Positions 18,117 to 27,670 of a stretch of 64,000 nucleotides of DNA are shown one piece after another (positions within the stretch are counted from its first letter, which is position 1; each line of letters opens with the position of its first letter). This stretch comes from an uncultured Verrucomicrobiae bacterium (lineage in GTDB: Bacteria > Verrucomicrobiota > Verrucomicrobiia > Limisphaerales > JAFGQR01), in contig CAWBHS010000011.1 of the NCBI GenBank assembly GCA_963788655.1, positions 32,001-96,000 on the forward strand, read 5' to 3'. The notes under the pieces are model-generated. The model saw only the letters and a program-made list of their open reading frames with translations. It did not search any database and was not told the origin of the DNA. Position numbers and translations under genes: made by a program.

Positions 18117-19925
18117 CTACTTCGCTTCTGCCATTTTGTTGTCCTTCGCGCCGATGCAGAACAGGTTCTTCGCGCTGCGGACAATCATGTAATTCTGCAC
18201 AAAGGCGGGACTGGCATAGACTTTTTCGCCCAGGCTGGAACGGGCCAGTTCCTTGAACTCACGCCCGGCTTCCAACACGATTGCTGAGCCATCGACGGCG
18301 AAGATCAGCAGGCGTTGACCGACCAGCGTGGGCGAGGCATTGAAGTCCATTTCGTAGTCGTGTTCCCAGACTTTCTTGCCCTCCTTGGCGTCATAACATG
18401 TCACCATGCCGTAACTGCTCACCAAGAACACTAGTTCGCCGTTGCTGACCGGGCTGGTGATGTCCGGAATGCCGTCTTCGGCTTTCCAGAGGATGTGCGT
18501 CTTGGTGACATCCCCTTGACCATCGGGCCGAATGGCCATTAAGTACATGTTGGGACTCACGACATACAACATGTCGTTCACGAAAATCGGCGATGGCGTT
18601 ACTTCGCCTTCGAGACCTTCAGCACGCCAGAGTTCCGTGCCGTCGGTGGTGCTGTTGGCGATGACCCACGGCGGTCCCAACGTGATGATTTGGGTCTTGC
18701 CGGCGGCCTCGATCACAATGGGGGTGGTCCAGGACTCACCGACGGGCGGCTGCCGTTGCCAGACGATGTTGCCGGTGGCGCCGTCCAGGGCATACAAACG
18801 CGACAAGTGTTCATCCGGGCTGCCCTGGTCGAGTTGCACAATCAACCGATCCTGCCACGTCGTCAGCGAACTGGCGTGGCCCTGTGTGTTTTGCGGGACG
18901 CCGAGGTTTTTCGCCCAGGCGAGGGTGCCGTCGAAGTTGAATGCCGCCAGGTCGCCGTTGGCGAAAATCACATACGCGCGTTGGCCGTCGGTGGCCATGG
19001 TGGCGGCCGCGAAGCCGGTTTGTTCGGGAATGTTCGGCAGTTTACCGGTGTTGCCGGGCACATTCTCGACGGGGCGTTCCCAAAGCAAATTGCCGGAGGC
19101 GAGTTCGTAGCACATCACCTTGCGCTTCTTCTTGTCGCCGCCCGAAATGAAAACGTGATTACCCCACACAATGGGCGAGTTGAAACCTGAAGCCGGCACG
19201 GGCGATTTCCAGGCAATGCCAGCGCCGGAAGCAACCTCAAACTGAAGCAGGAAGTTGGTTTGCCCGATTAGACCATTGCCGCCCGGCCCGCGAAAACGCG
19301 GCCAGTTGGCTTGATATTCCGCGGGCGAGGGACCGGGAGTCTTGGAAGCGGCGGAAGCCGGGTTGTCCTGGGCCAGCAGTTGCTCGAGCTCGCTTGGCCG
19401 CGAAGGCACAGCCGTGCTCATGGTCAAGCCCAAGCCCGCGAACGCCAGCACCAAAAGGGCGCCCAGAGCGGCGACCGACCAGCGCGCCTGGGCGGCGTAG
19501 CGAGCGGCGCGCTCGGCGGCATCCGGGGCAAGTTGCGGCCGCGGGGGCTGGACGTGCAATTTATAAATCTGTTTCGCGGCCAGCAGGAAGACCGCGAGCC
19601 CCCCGAGGAGCATCCAACCGCCGGCGCCGTTCATGGACAATTGCCTGAAATAACTCTGGCGCAGTTCCAGGTCCTGTTCGCGTATGTGCTGCTTGAGCTG
19701 TTCGTCTTTCGGGGACGTGGCGAGTTGGTCTTTGAGTGCGGCCATCTGCGGCGCCTTCAACGGGTCGTCCACCTTCGAACGCACGTGCTGGACGATCATC
19801 CCGAGGACGAGCACCAGGCAGAACAATCCGGAAATGATCGCTGTCAGAACCGCAGCACGATTGAGTTCCGCCGGCCGCGGCTGGCCGGACGAACTGGAAT
19901 TGAGCGCTGGGACGTTGGCAGGCAT
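18117..19925 (-). CDS. Membrane-anchored PQQ-binding-like (BamB-type) beta-propeller protein
   Basis: Three N-terminal hydrophobic segments, WPRFRGPGGNG, repeated G..W and SP.. propeller blades, ending ASPAF..RSAKNLFCIG. Confidence 0.85.
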   Translation of the reverse strand: MPANVPALNSSSSGQPRPAELNRAAVLTAIISGLFCLVLVLGMIVQHVRSKVDDPLKAPQMAALKDQLATSPKDEQLKQHIREQDLELRQSYFRQLSMNGAGGWMLLGGLAVFLLAAKQIYKLHVQPPRPQLAPDAAERAARYAAQARWSVAALGALLVLAFAGLGLTMSTAVPSRPSELEQLLAQDNPASAASKTPGPSPAEYQANWPRFRGPGGNGLIGQTNFLLQFEVASGAGIAWKSPVPASGFNSPIVWGNHVFISGGDKKKRKVMCYELASGNLLWERPVENVPGNTGKLPNIPEQTGFAAATMATDGQRAYVIFANGDLAAFNFDGTLAWAKNLGVPQNTQGHASSLTTWQDRLIVQLDQGSPDEHLSRLYALDGATGNIVWQRQPPVGESWTTPIVIEAAGKTQIITLGPPWVIANSTTDGTELWRAEGLEGEVTPSPIFVNDMLYVVSPNMYLMAIRPDGQGDVTKTHILWKAEDGIPDITSPVSNGELVFLVSSYGMVTCYDAKEGKKVWEHDYEMDFNASPTLVGQRLLIFAVDGSAIVLEAGREFKELARSSLGEKVYASPAFVQNYMIVRSAKNLFCIGAKDNKMAEAK

Positions 19926-19943
19926 GAAGGCGTAGCGGTGTCT

Positions 19944-21300
19944 CTAATTCGGTTTTCGAGCTTCCAATTGCGTTTGGACGTACTGCTCCACGTCCTCGGC
20001 CGGAAGCAGCCCCAGCCGCACCCGTTCGTTGGGGCAATGCTCAAAACAACGCGCGCACGAAAGACACGCACCGCGATCCGGTTCGTAATCCGTTCGCGAA
20101 TGGCGCACGGACAGGCTGATCAATTTGGCACCCAACACCAAGCCGATCCAACCGCCGAGCAGCCAGCCGCCAATCAGGAATTCGTGCCGAATCGCCGCGG
20201 CATTTTCGAGCAGCGCTTGGGGTTCTTTCGCCGCGCGTTCAAGCTCCAGGGCTTCCGGCGACTGCGGCGCGTATTCAATGGGGGACCTTTGGTTCTGCAA
20301 ATACTTCTCTGCCAATGCCACCTTGGGATTGAGCAACGAAGCGGGTTTGCCCAACAACGATCCTGCCCAGCCCAATCCCAGGATCAGCACCGGCGTGAGC
20401 AAGAGTAAACCCGCGAGGCGGCGGCGGTCTTGGGCCAAGGTCGCGGGATTGGCAGTGCCGGCCGATGGCTCGCGCATGGCGCCAAACGGACAAGAGTGTT
20501 CGCACAGTTTACACTGGGTGCATTCGGTCGGAGTGGTGCGCACACGCCATTTGCTGACGGTGGAAGTCATTTTAAGCAGCGCACCATAGGGACAAAGAAA
20601 CCGGCAATACGGGTCGCCCTACAAACATGCCCAGCAGCAAGAACGCACCGCCCAACAGCAGTATCCCGAAACTGCCGGACAAACGGAACAGCGGCACAAA
20701 GGGATCGTACCGGCAGATGAGAAATGTGCTGCCGGTGGCGGCGAACAAAACGCCCGCGCCCAAATAGACGAACGGCACCACGCTCAGCGCGTGCTCCACC
20801 CAACCCGGCACTTTGACCGGTTTGATCAGCACCAAGTCCTGGATCGCCCCGTGCGGACAGACGCCGGCGCAGAAGGAGCGTCCGAAAAACAGCGCCACCA
20901 AAAGCGGCAGCGCAAAGAAACCAATCACAAACAGCGGCAGGACATAACTGTGATCGCCCAGGGCCAGCGCAACATTCTGAATGGAGCCGATGACACACAA
21001 GCAGCCCGCCCGGTAAAAACCGAAATAAGCCAGCGAGAACAGGGAAAGCGCCACGACGCCTTTGCGGGAGCGCCGCCTCAACGCCAGCCAGGAGGCAATT
21101 CCCAGTCCGGCGACAAGCACGGCCAGATCCACATATTCCATGGTTAAGGCGCGTGGTGCGGGCGTGGCGGTGGTGGGCAGTTGGTGGCCACCTTCGAAAT
21201 CCGGCGGCGGGAAGCGTTGGGCGGTGAAAGCGGATTGGGCGATCAGCAAGAACAGGAAACCGATGAGGAGAGGGAGGAGTGATCGAAATCCCGCTTTCAT
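19944..21300 (-). CDS. Membrane 4Fe-4S binding protein (NapH/MauN/YccM-like); +1 frameshift near 20612
   Basis: Multiple TM helices; GRSFCAGVCPHGAIQD; RPYCRFLCPYG restored by removing one base; CTQCKLCEHSCP and CLSCARCFEHCP. Confidence 0.88.
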
Positions 21301-21378
21301 GGGGAGCCTGGCTGAGCCAATCTGGCCAGCCTCCGGTTGGATGTCTTGTTCTAACACTACAACGACACTTTCACCGAT

Positions 21379-21469
21379 AGGCGCGCGGCGTTTAGGCCGC
21401 TTCAAGCACCCAAGGCCAACCAGCGGCTTGTGGGATAGGACGGTGAAGCGGCGTAAACGCCGCGCGCCT
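21379..21469. repeat. REPIN-like inverted repeat inside the redox operon
   Basis: AGGCGCGCGGCGTTTAGGCCGCTTCA (21379-21404) and inverted copy (21444-21469), one mismatch. Confidence 0.75.
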
Positions 21470-21630
21470 GCCGCGATTCGCCGGAACTGTCGCTGTAGTG
21501 CAAATCCGAAAGCGCCGGCAAGCCGGACGCACTCCAAACGCTGGCGCGACTGATCGCGGGCATTGAGCGCTTGGCAAGCCGGCTGATTGCCCACGCTACT
21601 CGACTGAACTCCATTCGACCGTTCCATCCT

Positions 21631-22218
21631 TTAGTGCGTCGTCGGGGCGGTCTTGAGCAGGTAAGCGTGATCCACCGGCACCCGCCGAAAGGCATCCCCG
21701 GCACAGGCGCGGGCAATGGAACATTCGTTGCAATTCAGGCAGCGGTCATGGCGCACCTGGAGGTAAAGCGAGCCGTTGCCAAACCGGTTGCAACCTTCGA
21801 CGCATTTGCCGCAACCGATGCACAAGTCCTCGTCGATGGTGTATTCGTAATACGGATCTTCGACAAAGGACCGTTTGATGGCTGCCGTGGGGCAAAGCTG
21901 GTTCTCAGCCGCGGTATTGAGAGCGTTGGGCTGCGGCACAAAGTAGCCGGTGCAAAGCTGGCAATAACCGCAGATGGCGTGGGAGTGGACACATTTGACA
22001 GCGGATTGTTCCAGCACGCACTCGGTGGCGCAGCGACCGCAACGCACACATTTCGCCGGGTCAATCTGCCAATAATATTCCTTCGCCGAGGTGCGCCCCA
22101 CCAGCGCCCCGGCCAATCCGCCCAAGCCCGCCACGGCGGCCACGCGGAAGCCGTCCCGCATGAACTGGCGGCGGCTGACGGGCGGTGGCGTTGGTTGCTT
22201 TTGTGGATCGTTTTCCAT
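21631..22218 (-). CDS. Tat-signal polyferredoxin (4Fe-4S dicluster protein)
   Basis: SRRQFMR plus hydrophobic stretch; CVRCGRCATEC, CGYCQLC, LCPT, CIGCGKCVEGC, CLNCNEC..AC. Confidence 0.88.
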   Translation of the reverse strand: MENDPQKQPTPPPVSRRQFMRDGFRVAAVAGLGGLAGALVGRTSAKEYYWQIDPAKCVRCGRCATECVLEQSAVKCVHSHAICGYCQLCTGYFVPQPNALNTAAENQLCPTAAIKRSFVEDPYYEYTIDEDLCIGCGKCVEGCNRFGNGSLYLQVRHDRCLNCNECSIARACAGDAFRRVPVDHAYLLKTAPTTH

Positions 22219-22222
22219 CGAT

Positions 22223-23305
22223 TTAGCCCGGTTGGTTGGTGGGTTGCGGAGCAGCGAAAGCCGTCTTGGCCTTCTTAACCATGATCCGGATCTCGTTGGT
22301 GACGGTATCGAGAATGTAAATGCGGCCCGCGGCGTCCGTGGCGACATCCAATGCGGCGTAGCTGCCGTCAGCCGGATTCTTGTCCACAGCGGCTTTGGCA
22401 TTTTCCACGAAGGACTCGGGGCCGGCCACCACTGATTCAAACTCGCCGTGAACACTATAGACCTTCACCCGTAGCAATCCCTTTTCGCAGGTGACAATCC
22501 GGCCATCCGGCAAGATCGCCAGGCTGATCGGATTGCAGCATCCGCAGAAGCCTTCAATCGCAGCGGACGCTTTGCCCCAACTCAACTCGAGATGCCCGTC
22601 GTAGGTATAAACCTCCACTTGGTGACGCCCGGGATTGTTGACCTGCAGCAGCCCGCTGGGATGAATATCCACGTCCAGAAACGGACTGGGCAGGATCAAG
22701 CCGGGAACATTGCGATCCGCGTCGTGCTGGCCAAGACGGTTAACCAGCTTCCCCGACCGGTCGGTGTGCAACACCACGCGATTGCCGGAATCACCAACAA
22801 ACACGTCATTCTTGGCAGCAGCCAATCCGGTGATCCAGGCCCGTTGGCCGAGCGAATCCCAAGCCGCAGGCCGGTTTTGTCTGGGCGCGAACACTTCGAC
22901 GTGATCGCGCAATCCGGCGTAAAGCGTCCCATCGCCAGCCACAGCCACCGCCCGCGCCGGACCGGTCAAGGCCCTTTCACCCACTGGCTTGCCCGACGTG
23001 TCGAGAATGCTCACGTAGTTTCCCGCCGCCACATACAACCGTTCATCCGGTCCGAACGCCAGACGCCGCGTATCGCCTCGCGGGCAGCGGAACCGTTTGG
23101 CCTCTTCGTAATGGATCAGCTTCGGGTCGGTTCTGCTAAACTGGCTCAGGTCGTAAGCAAACGGATTGGTTTGCTTCGGATCTGCGGCTTGCCCGTGTCG
23201 CTGGGTTAGCATCAAGGCACCGCCCACGCCTGCCGCGCCGGCGGCAAACAAGCTGGTTTGCAGGAAGTGACGACGGGTTAGTGGATCAATGGTGGGCTTT
23301 TTCAT
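22223..23305 (-). CDS. Tat-signal NHL-repeat beta-propeller protein with CGCCNP motif
   Basis: TRRHFLQ; NHL-like VFVGDSGNRVV, VNNPGRHQVEVY, IYILD; GFCGCCNP. Confidence 0.85.
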   Translation of the reverse strand: MKKPTIDPLTRRHFLQTSLFAAGAAGVGGALMLTQRHGQAADPKQTNPFAYDLSQFSRTDPKLIHYEEAKRFRCPRGDTRRLAFGPDERLYVAAGNYVSILDTSGKPVGERALTGPARAVAVAGDGTLYAGLRDHVEVFAPRQNRPAAWDSLGQRAWITGLAAAKNDVFVGDSGNRVVLHTDRSGKLVNRLGQHDADRNVPGLILPSPFLDVDIHPSGLLQVNNPGRHQVEVYTYDGHLELSWGKASAAIEGFCGCCNPISLAILPDGRIVTCEKGLLRVKVYSVHGEFESVVAGPESFVENAKAAVDKNPADGSYAALDVATDAAGRIYILDTVTNEIRIMVKKAKTAFAAPQPTNQPG

Positions 23306-23308
23306 GAA

Positions 23309-23542
23309 TCAACCTCCAGTTAGTGGGTTCTTTACGGACAACGCCGCAGGCAGGTCGCAGCCGGAGAATATCGGACAGCCCCCGCAAATGCCCTGGTTCA
23401 CGCAGGCCGGATTGGGCGCAGTCCGACGGCTTGCCGTCGCCAGGGCGCCCCCAGCGGTGAGGGCGCCAAGCAACAGATAACGGGCGGCGCCGCGCACAAA
23501 CTCGCGGCGACTGCTCTCTGTGGTTGGACGAGGGTCCATCAT
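23309..23542 (-). CDS. Small Tat-signal four-cysteine protein
   Basis: SRREFVR, hydrophobic helix, then CVNQGICGGCPIFSGCDLP; its stop lies 3 nt before the NHL gene start and its last codons contain GGAGG. Confidence 0.75.
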   Translation of the reverse strand: MMDPRPTTESSRREFVRGAARYLLLGALTAGGALATASRRTAPNPACVNQGICGGCPIFSGCDLPAALSVKNPLTGG

Positions 23543-23828
23543 TGAACGGTTTATCATGTTTTGACTGCCAGGGCCGTGATTCTATTCTCTACAAAATCAA
23601 GCAACTGCACAGCCGACCACGACATCCAATCTCCGCCCAGCCCCCGCTACGGACTACGGCAGTTTTGCCCAACCCTAAACATTTTTTGGCCAAGCCGTCT
23701 CTGATTTGGGTCAAGGTTTTTGCCTGAGGAGTTTTGCGATTGCACCACGAAGGTTTGTCTGGCCCCCTCCTTGGGAGGAGAGAATTGTCCGGAAAGTTTG
23801 CGCTATAAATCCCGGAAGCGGGTGAAAG

Positions 23829-23899
23829 GTAGGGCGCGTCACTCCGTGCGCGCCGCTGACACAAGAGGACATCCTGCCACGTTCGGCGGCGCACCCTAC
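23829..23899. repeat. REPIN-like element with degenerate right arm
   Basis: GTAGGGCGCGTCACTCCGTGCGCGCCG ... CGGCGGCGCACCCTAC; the CTA is the stop of the HisKA ORF. Confidence 0.7.
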
Positions 23900-24396
23900 C
23901 GCGACGGTTCATCGCGAATATCGGAGGCGTTACGGTGCGGCGGCAGCAGGAACGCCAGCGTAGGCTCAGCCATTTCGACCAATTGACTCGCCGCCCCGGC
24001 GATGCGGGTCAGATCATCAAGGAAACCAACATCATTGCGCACCGCCGGCTTCTTTTGCAGGCTGGCGGCGGTTTGCCGAATGCGCCCGGCGGTCTTTTGA
24101 AGCTGCGTGAGGAGTCCGGCAATATCGCTCTCACCGGACTCGATACGTTGCGGCTCCAGTTCGCCATTCACGGCCTGGGTCAGTTCATTGGCGGTGCGTT
24201 CGATCAACTGAAGGCGCGAATTCAGAAAGTTCAGTCCTTGCGGTCCGGTCTGTTCGATCAAAATCTCGGTGAACCCCAGAATGTGCGCCAGCGGATTGCG
24301 CAGATCGTGCCGGGCTTTGGCGACGGCTTTGGCAAAGGCTTCACGGCAGTCATTGCCTTCCGACGACGGGGTATGATGGGCAGCATTTGAAGGCAT
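23896..24396 (-). CDS. Histidine kinase dimerization/phospho-acceptor (HisKA) domain protein, probably 3'-truncated
   Basis: H-box RHDLRNPLAHILGFTEILIE; no HATPase or receiver domain follows. Confidence 0.65.
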   Translation of the reverse strand: MPSNAAHHTPSSEGNDCREAFAKAVAKARHDLRNPLAHILGFTEILIEQTGPQGLNFLNSRLQLIERTANELTQAVNGELEPQRIESGESDIAGLLTQLQKTAGRIRQTAASLQKKPAVRNDVGFLDDLTRIAGAASQLVEMAEPTLAFLLPPHRNASDIRDEPSR

Positions 24397-24410
24397 TGCA
24401 CAACCTCCGG

Positions 24411-24797
24411 TTACCGGTCATCAGATTGTTGACGGAAGCCCAATAGCGCTTCGATCTTGTCGAACAACCGGGGAAATTGGAACGGCTTGGTATCATAATC
24501 ATCGCAGCCGGCTTCGAGGGAGCTTTCCCGGTCGCCCTGCATCACGTGGGCGGTCAGCGCGATCACCGGGATGTGTTGCACTTGAGGATCGGCTTTCAAC
24601 TGGCGCGTGGCCTCCCACCCGTCCACGTCCGGCAGCCCCATGTCCATCAGAATCAAATCCGGCTGTTCCTTGGCCGCCAGCGCCAGGCCTTGCGCCGCAT
24701 CTTCGGCGGTCAGCACCTGATAACCGCGCCGTTGCAACTGGCGGGTCACCAGGATACGATTGTTCTCCGTATCCTCAATGTAGAGAATTCTGTGCAT
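24411..24797 (-). CDS. Single-domain response regulator (DivK/CheY-like)
   Basis: ILYIED, DLILMDMGLPDVDG, IALTAH, GCDDYDTKP. Confidence 0.93.
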   Translation of the reverse strand: MHRILYIEDTENNRILVTRQLQRRGYQVLTAEDAAQGLALAAKEQPDLILMDMGLPDVDGWEATRQLKADPQVQHIPVIALTAHVMQGDRESSLEAGCDDYDTKPFQFPRLFDKIEALLGFRQQSDDR

Positions 24798-24909
24798 AAT
24801 CGGCGCTTCACTGGCGGGCGCTGGTCACGATAGAAAAACAAAACCGCTCGTTGCGCAACGGCCTTTTACGCTGCTCGACAATTGCCGGCGCCTTTTCTAC
24901 TGTTCGCCG

Positions 24910-25692
24910 GTGAACATTCTCTTCGTGGGCGACATTGTGGGCGAACCCGGCCGGCGGGCGGTGAAGGAACTCGTGCCGCGTTTGCGGCAGCGCCATGCCC
25001 TTCATGCCGTTGTGGTGAATGGCGAAAATGCCGCCGGCGGCGCTGGGATTACTCCCAAGACCGCCGAAGAGATCTTCAACAGCGGCGTCGATGTCATGAC
25101 CACCGGCGACCATTTGTGGGACCAGAAGGAAGTCACCACGTTGTTGGAACACGAGCCCCGCTTCCTGCGTCCGGCCAATTATCCTCCTGGCACCATGGGG
25201 AAAGGCAGTCGTCTCATTCAATTGGAAAGCCAGCCACCCTTCGGCGTATTGAATCTCCAGGGACGGGTGTTCATGGCGGCATTGGACAATCCCTTCACCT
25301 GTGCCCAAGCCGAAGTCGCGCGCTTGCGGACCCAAACTCCAATCATCCTCGTGGACCTGCACGCGGAGGCGACTTCGGAAAAAATCGCCCTGGGCCGGAT
25401 GTTGGATGGCCAGGTGAGCGCAGTGATCGGCACCCACACGCACGTGCAAACGGCCGACGAACAAATCTTCCCGGGCGGCACTGCCTACATCTCCGACGCC
25501 GGGTTTACGGGGCCGCATGAAAGCGTGCTCGGCCGGGAAATTGAGCCGGTGATCAAGCGGTTTCTCACCTGCACGCCGCAGCGGTTTCCCGTGGCGAAAC
25601 AGCGAACGCTTCTGCAGGGAGTGCTTCTTAACCTCGATGAGGTCAGCGGCCGGGCTGTCACCATTCAGAGAATTTCGGAGCCGCTGCCATGA
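24910..25692 (+). CDS. ymdB: YmdB/TIGR00282-type metallophosphoesterase
   Basis: LFVGDIVGEPGR, NGENAAGG, LRPANYP, DLHAEATSEK, GTHTHVQTAD. Confidence 0.92.
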   Translation: MNILFVGDIVGEPGRRAVKELVPRLRQRHALHAVVVNGENAAGGAGITPKTAEEIFNSGVDVMTTGDHLWDQKEVTTLLEHEPRFLRPANYPPGTMGKGSRLIQLESQPPFGVLNLQGRVFMAALDNPFTCAQAEVARLRTQTPIILVDLHAEATSEKIALGRMLDGQVSAVIGTHTHVQTADEQIFPGGTAYISDAGFTGPHESVLGREIEPVIKRFLTCTPQRFPVAKQRTLLQGVLLNLDEVSGRAVTIQRISEPLP

Positions 25693-25789
25693 AATCGCGC
25701 CGGCTACCGCCGGTCGGTGGTTTGCGCTCAGGATGAACTATCCGCGATGACGCTGTTCCCAGTTTCCATAGTCTGACTCGCACCCAACC

Positions 25790-27196
25790 ATGCCCCGCAA
25801 AACCAAATCCCAATGGCAGTTCGGCGAACTGTTTCCGCCGGAAGCCACGCGGCTGGTGTTCAGCGTCAGCGAATTGACCGGCAAGGTCCGTCGGTTGCTC
25901 GAACAACAACTCGGCTTGGTCTGGGTCAGTGGCGAAATCACCAATCTCCGCGTGCAAAGTTCCGGCCACGTCTATTTCACCCTCAAAGACGCATTTGCCC
26001 AACTCAATTGTGGACTGTTCCGCCACGAGCCGGTGGCCCATCGGGAGCTGCTCGAGGATGGCCAGAAAGTAATCTTGCAGGGTGACCTCACCGTGTACGA
26101 ACCGCGGGGCCAATACCAACTCGTCGTTCATCAGGCCGAACTCCAGGGCGTGGGGGCACTCCAATTGGCCTTGGAAAAACTCAAACAGAAGCTCCAGGCA
26201 GAAGGACTGTTCGACGCCGCGCGTAAACGTTCGCTGCCGCGCTGCCCGCAACGCCTTGGTCTGGTGACCTCGCCCACCGGCGCCGCCATTCGCGACGTGT
26301 TGCATGTCGTGGAACGCCGCCATCCAGGGTTGGAAATCATCCTGGCGCCGTGTCGGGTCCAGGGCGAGGGCGCAGCGGCGGAAATTGCGACGGCCATCCG
26401 GCTTCTGAATGAATACCATCAGACCGCGCTCCGCGATCGAGGCGCTGGGCTGGACTTGATCCTGGTCACTCGCGGTGGCGGCAGCCTCGAAGATTTATGG
26501 GCGTTCAACGAGGAGGCGGTGGCGCGGGCGGTCTTTGAATCCACGCTGCCGGTGGTGTCGGCCGTCGGCCACGAAATTGATTTTTCCCTCAGCGACCTGG
26601 TGGCGGATCTGCGGGCCGCCACGCCCAGTGCCGCGGCCGAAATCATTACCGAAGGCGTCTTTGCCAGCCGCCAATGGATTGCCCAAGTGGCGGGGCGCCT
26701 GCCGCAATGGGCGCGGCAGCGTTTGGCGAACGAGTGGGATGAATTGCAGCAGTGGTGCCAGCGTCTGAGCCGATTGCATCCTCGTCGGCGCGTGCAAGAA
26801 CAGTTGCAGTATCTGGATGATCTTCAATCCGCGCTTCAGCGTTGCGTCCGACAGGGATGGCGCGAACGGCGTACGGAGTGGAGTCATTTGCGGCAGCGTT
26901 TGGGAGCCATCAAACCGGCCCAAGTCATGGGACATCACCGCCACGCCCTGCAGGAACTCAGTCGCCGGTTCCGGGAATCGCTTCGTTACCAACTGGAAAC
27001 GTTTCGCAACCGGCATGCTCAGTTCGAGGCGCGCCTGCGGTTGCTTTCCCCGGAGAACGTTCTGCAACGTGGTTACTCGATCACTACGGACGCCGCGTCC
27101 GGCCGGATCATCCGCGACGCACGCGAAGTCCAGTCCGGACAAAAGTTAAAGACCCGTCTCCATCAAGGCGAAATTCGGAGCACGGCCGAATCGTAG
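25790..27196 (+). CDS. xseA: Exodeoxyribonuclease VII large subunit
   Basis: SGHVYFTLKD, VTSPTGAAIRD, RGGGSLEDLWAFNEE, SAVGHEID, ATPSAAAE, LSPENVLQRGYS. Confidence 0.96.
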   Translation: MPRKTKSQWQFGELFPPEATRLVFSVSELTGKVRRLLEQQLGLVWVSGEITNLRVQSSGHVYFTLKDAFAQLNCGLFRHEPVAHRELLEDGQKVILQGDLTVYEPRGQYQLVVHQAELQGVGALQLALEKLKQKLQAEGLFDAARKRSLPRCPQRLGLVTSPTGAAIRDVLHVVERRHPGLEIILAPCRVQGEGAAAEIATAIRLLNEYHQTALRDRGAGLDLILVTRGGGSLEDLWAFNEEAVARAVFESTLPVVSAVGHEIDFSLSDLVADLRAATPSAAAEIITEGVFASRQWIAQVAGRLPQWARQRLANEWDELQQWCQRLSRLHPRRRVQEQLQYLDDLQSALQRCVRQGWRERRTEWSHLRQRLGAIKPAQVMGHHRHALQELSRRFRESLRYQLETFRNRHAQFEARLRLLSPENVLQRGYSITTDAASGRIIRDAREVQSGQKLKTRLHQGEIRSTAES

Positions 27197-27308
27197 GACA
27201 GGCGTCTCGCCGGTCTCGGATTTCCGAAAGCCATCCACTTGCAAGCAAAACGTCCTGTAACCAGCGGGCGGCTTTGGTGGTTCGAGACAGCCGGGACGGC
27301 TGTCCTAC
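27193..27308. repeat. REPIN, GTAGGACAG family, copy 1
   Basis: GTAGGACAGGCGTCTCGCCGGTCTCG ... CGAGACAGCCGGGACGGCTGTCCTAC; related copies at 34773, 37686 and 29108. Confidence 0.88.
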
Positions 27309-27340
27309 GCCGGAAGCAGGACGGACGCACCGTCTGACAC

Positions 27341-27655
27341 TCAATAACGGCGGCGGGATTCCCGGCGATAATCCCGGCGGTCACCGGAGGTTCGGGTTTC
27401 ACTTTCGTTACCGGAACGCGCTTTGTTCACCGTCAGCGTGCGCCCGTGCATTTCCCGACCGTTCAACGCGAAGATCGCGTCGTGCGCACTTTCCATGGTG
27501 GCCATGGTCACGAAGGCGTATCCCCGCACTTGACCGCCGGACTGGTCGCGCAGAATCTTGATCTCGGTGACTGCGCCCTGTTGGGTAAACAGCGTTTCCA
27601 ACTCATCGCGGCTAATGCCGCCGGGCAAATTGCCCACATATAATTTCGTATTCAT
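27341..27655 (-). CDS. RRM RNA-binding protein
   Basis: RNP2 KLYVGNL, RNP1 RGYAFVTM, GRTLTVNKAR, Arg-rich tail. Confidence 0.92.
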   Translation of the reverse strand: MNTKLYVGNLPGGISRDELETLFTQQGAVTEIKILRDQSGGQVRGYAFVTMATMESAHDAIFALNGREMHGRTLTVNKARSGNESETRTSGDRRDYRRESRRRY

Positions 27656-27670
27656 GAAGATTTCCATATC

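Noticed and set aside
24798..24909. 6S RNA upstream of the ymdB-like gene
   Set aside because: The spacer is only about 110 nt between divergent genes and shows no rod structure
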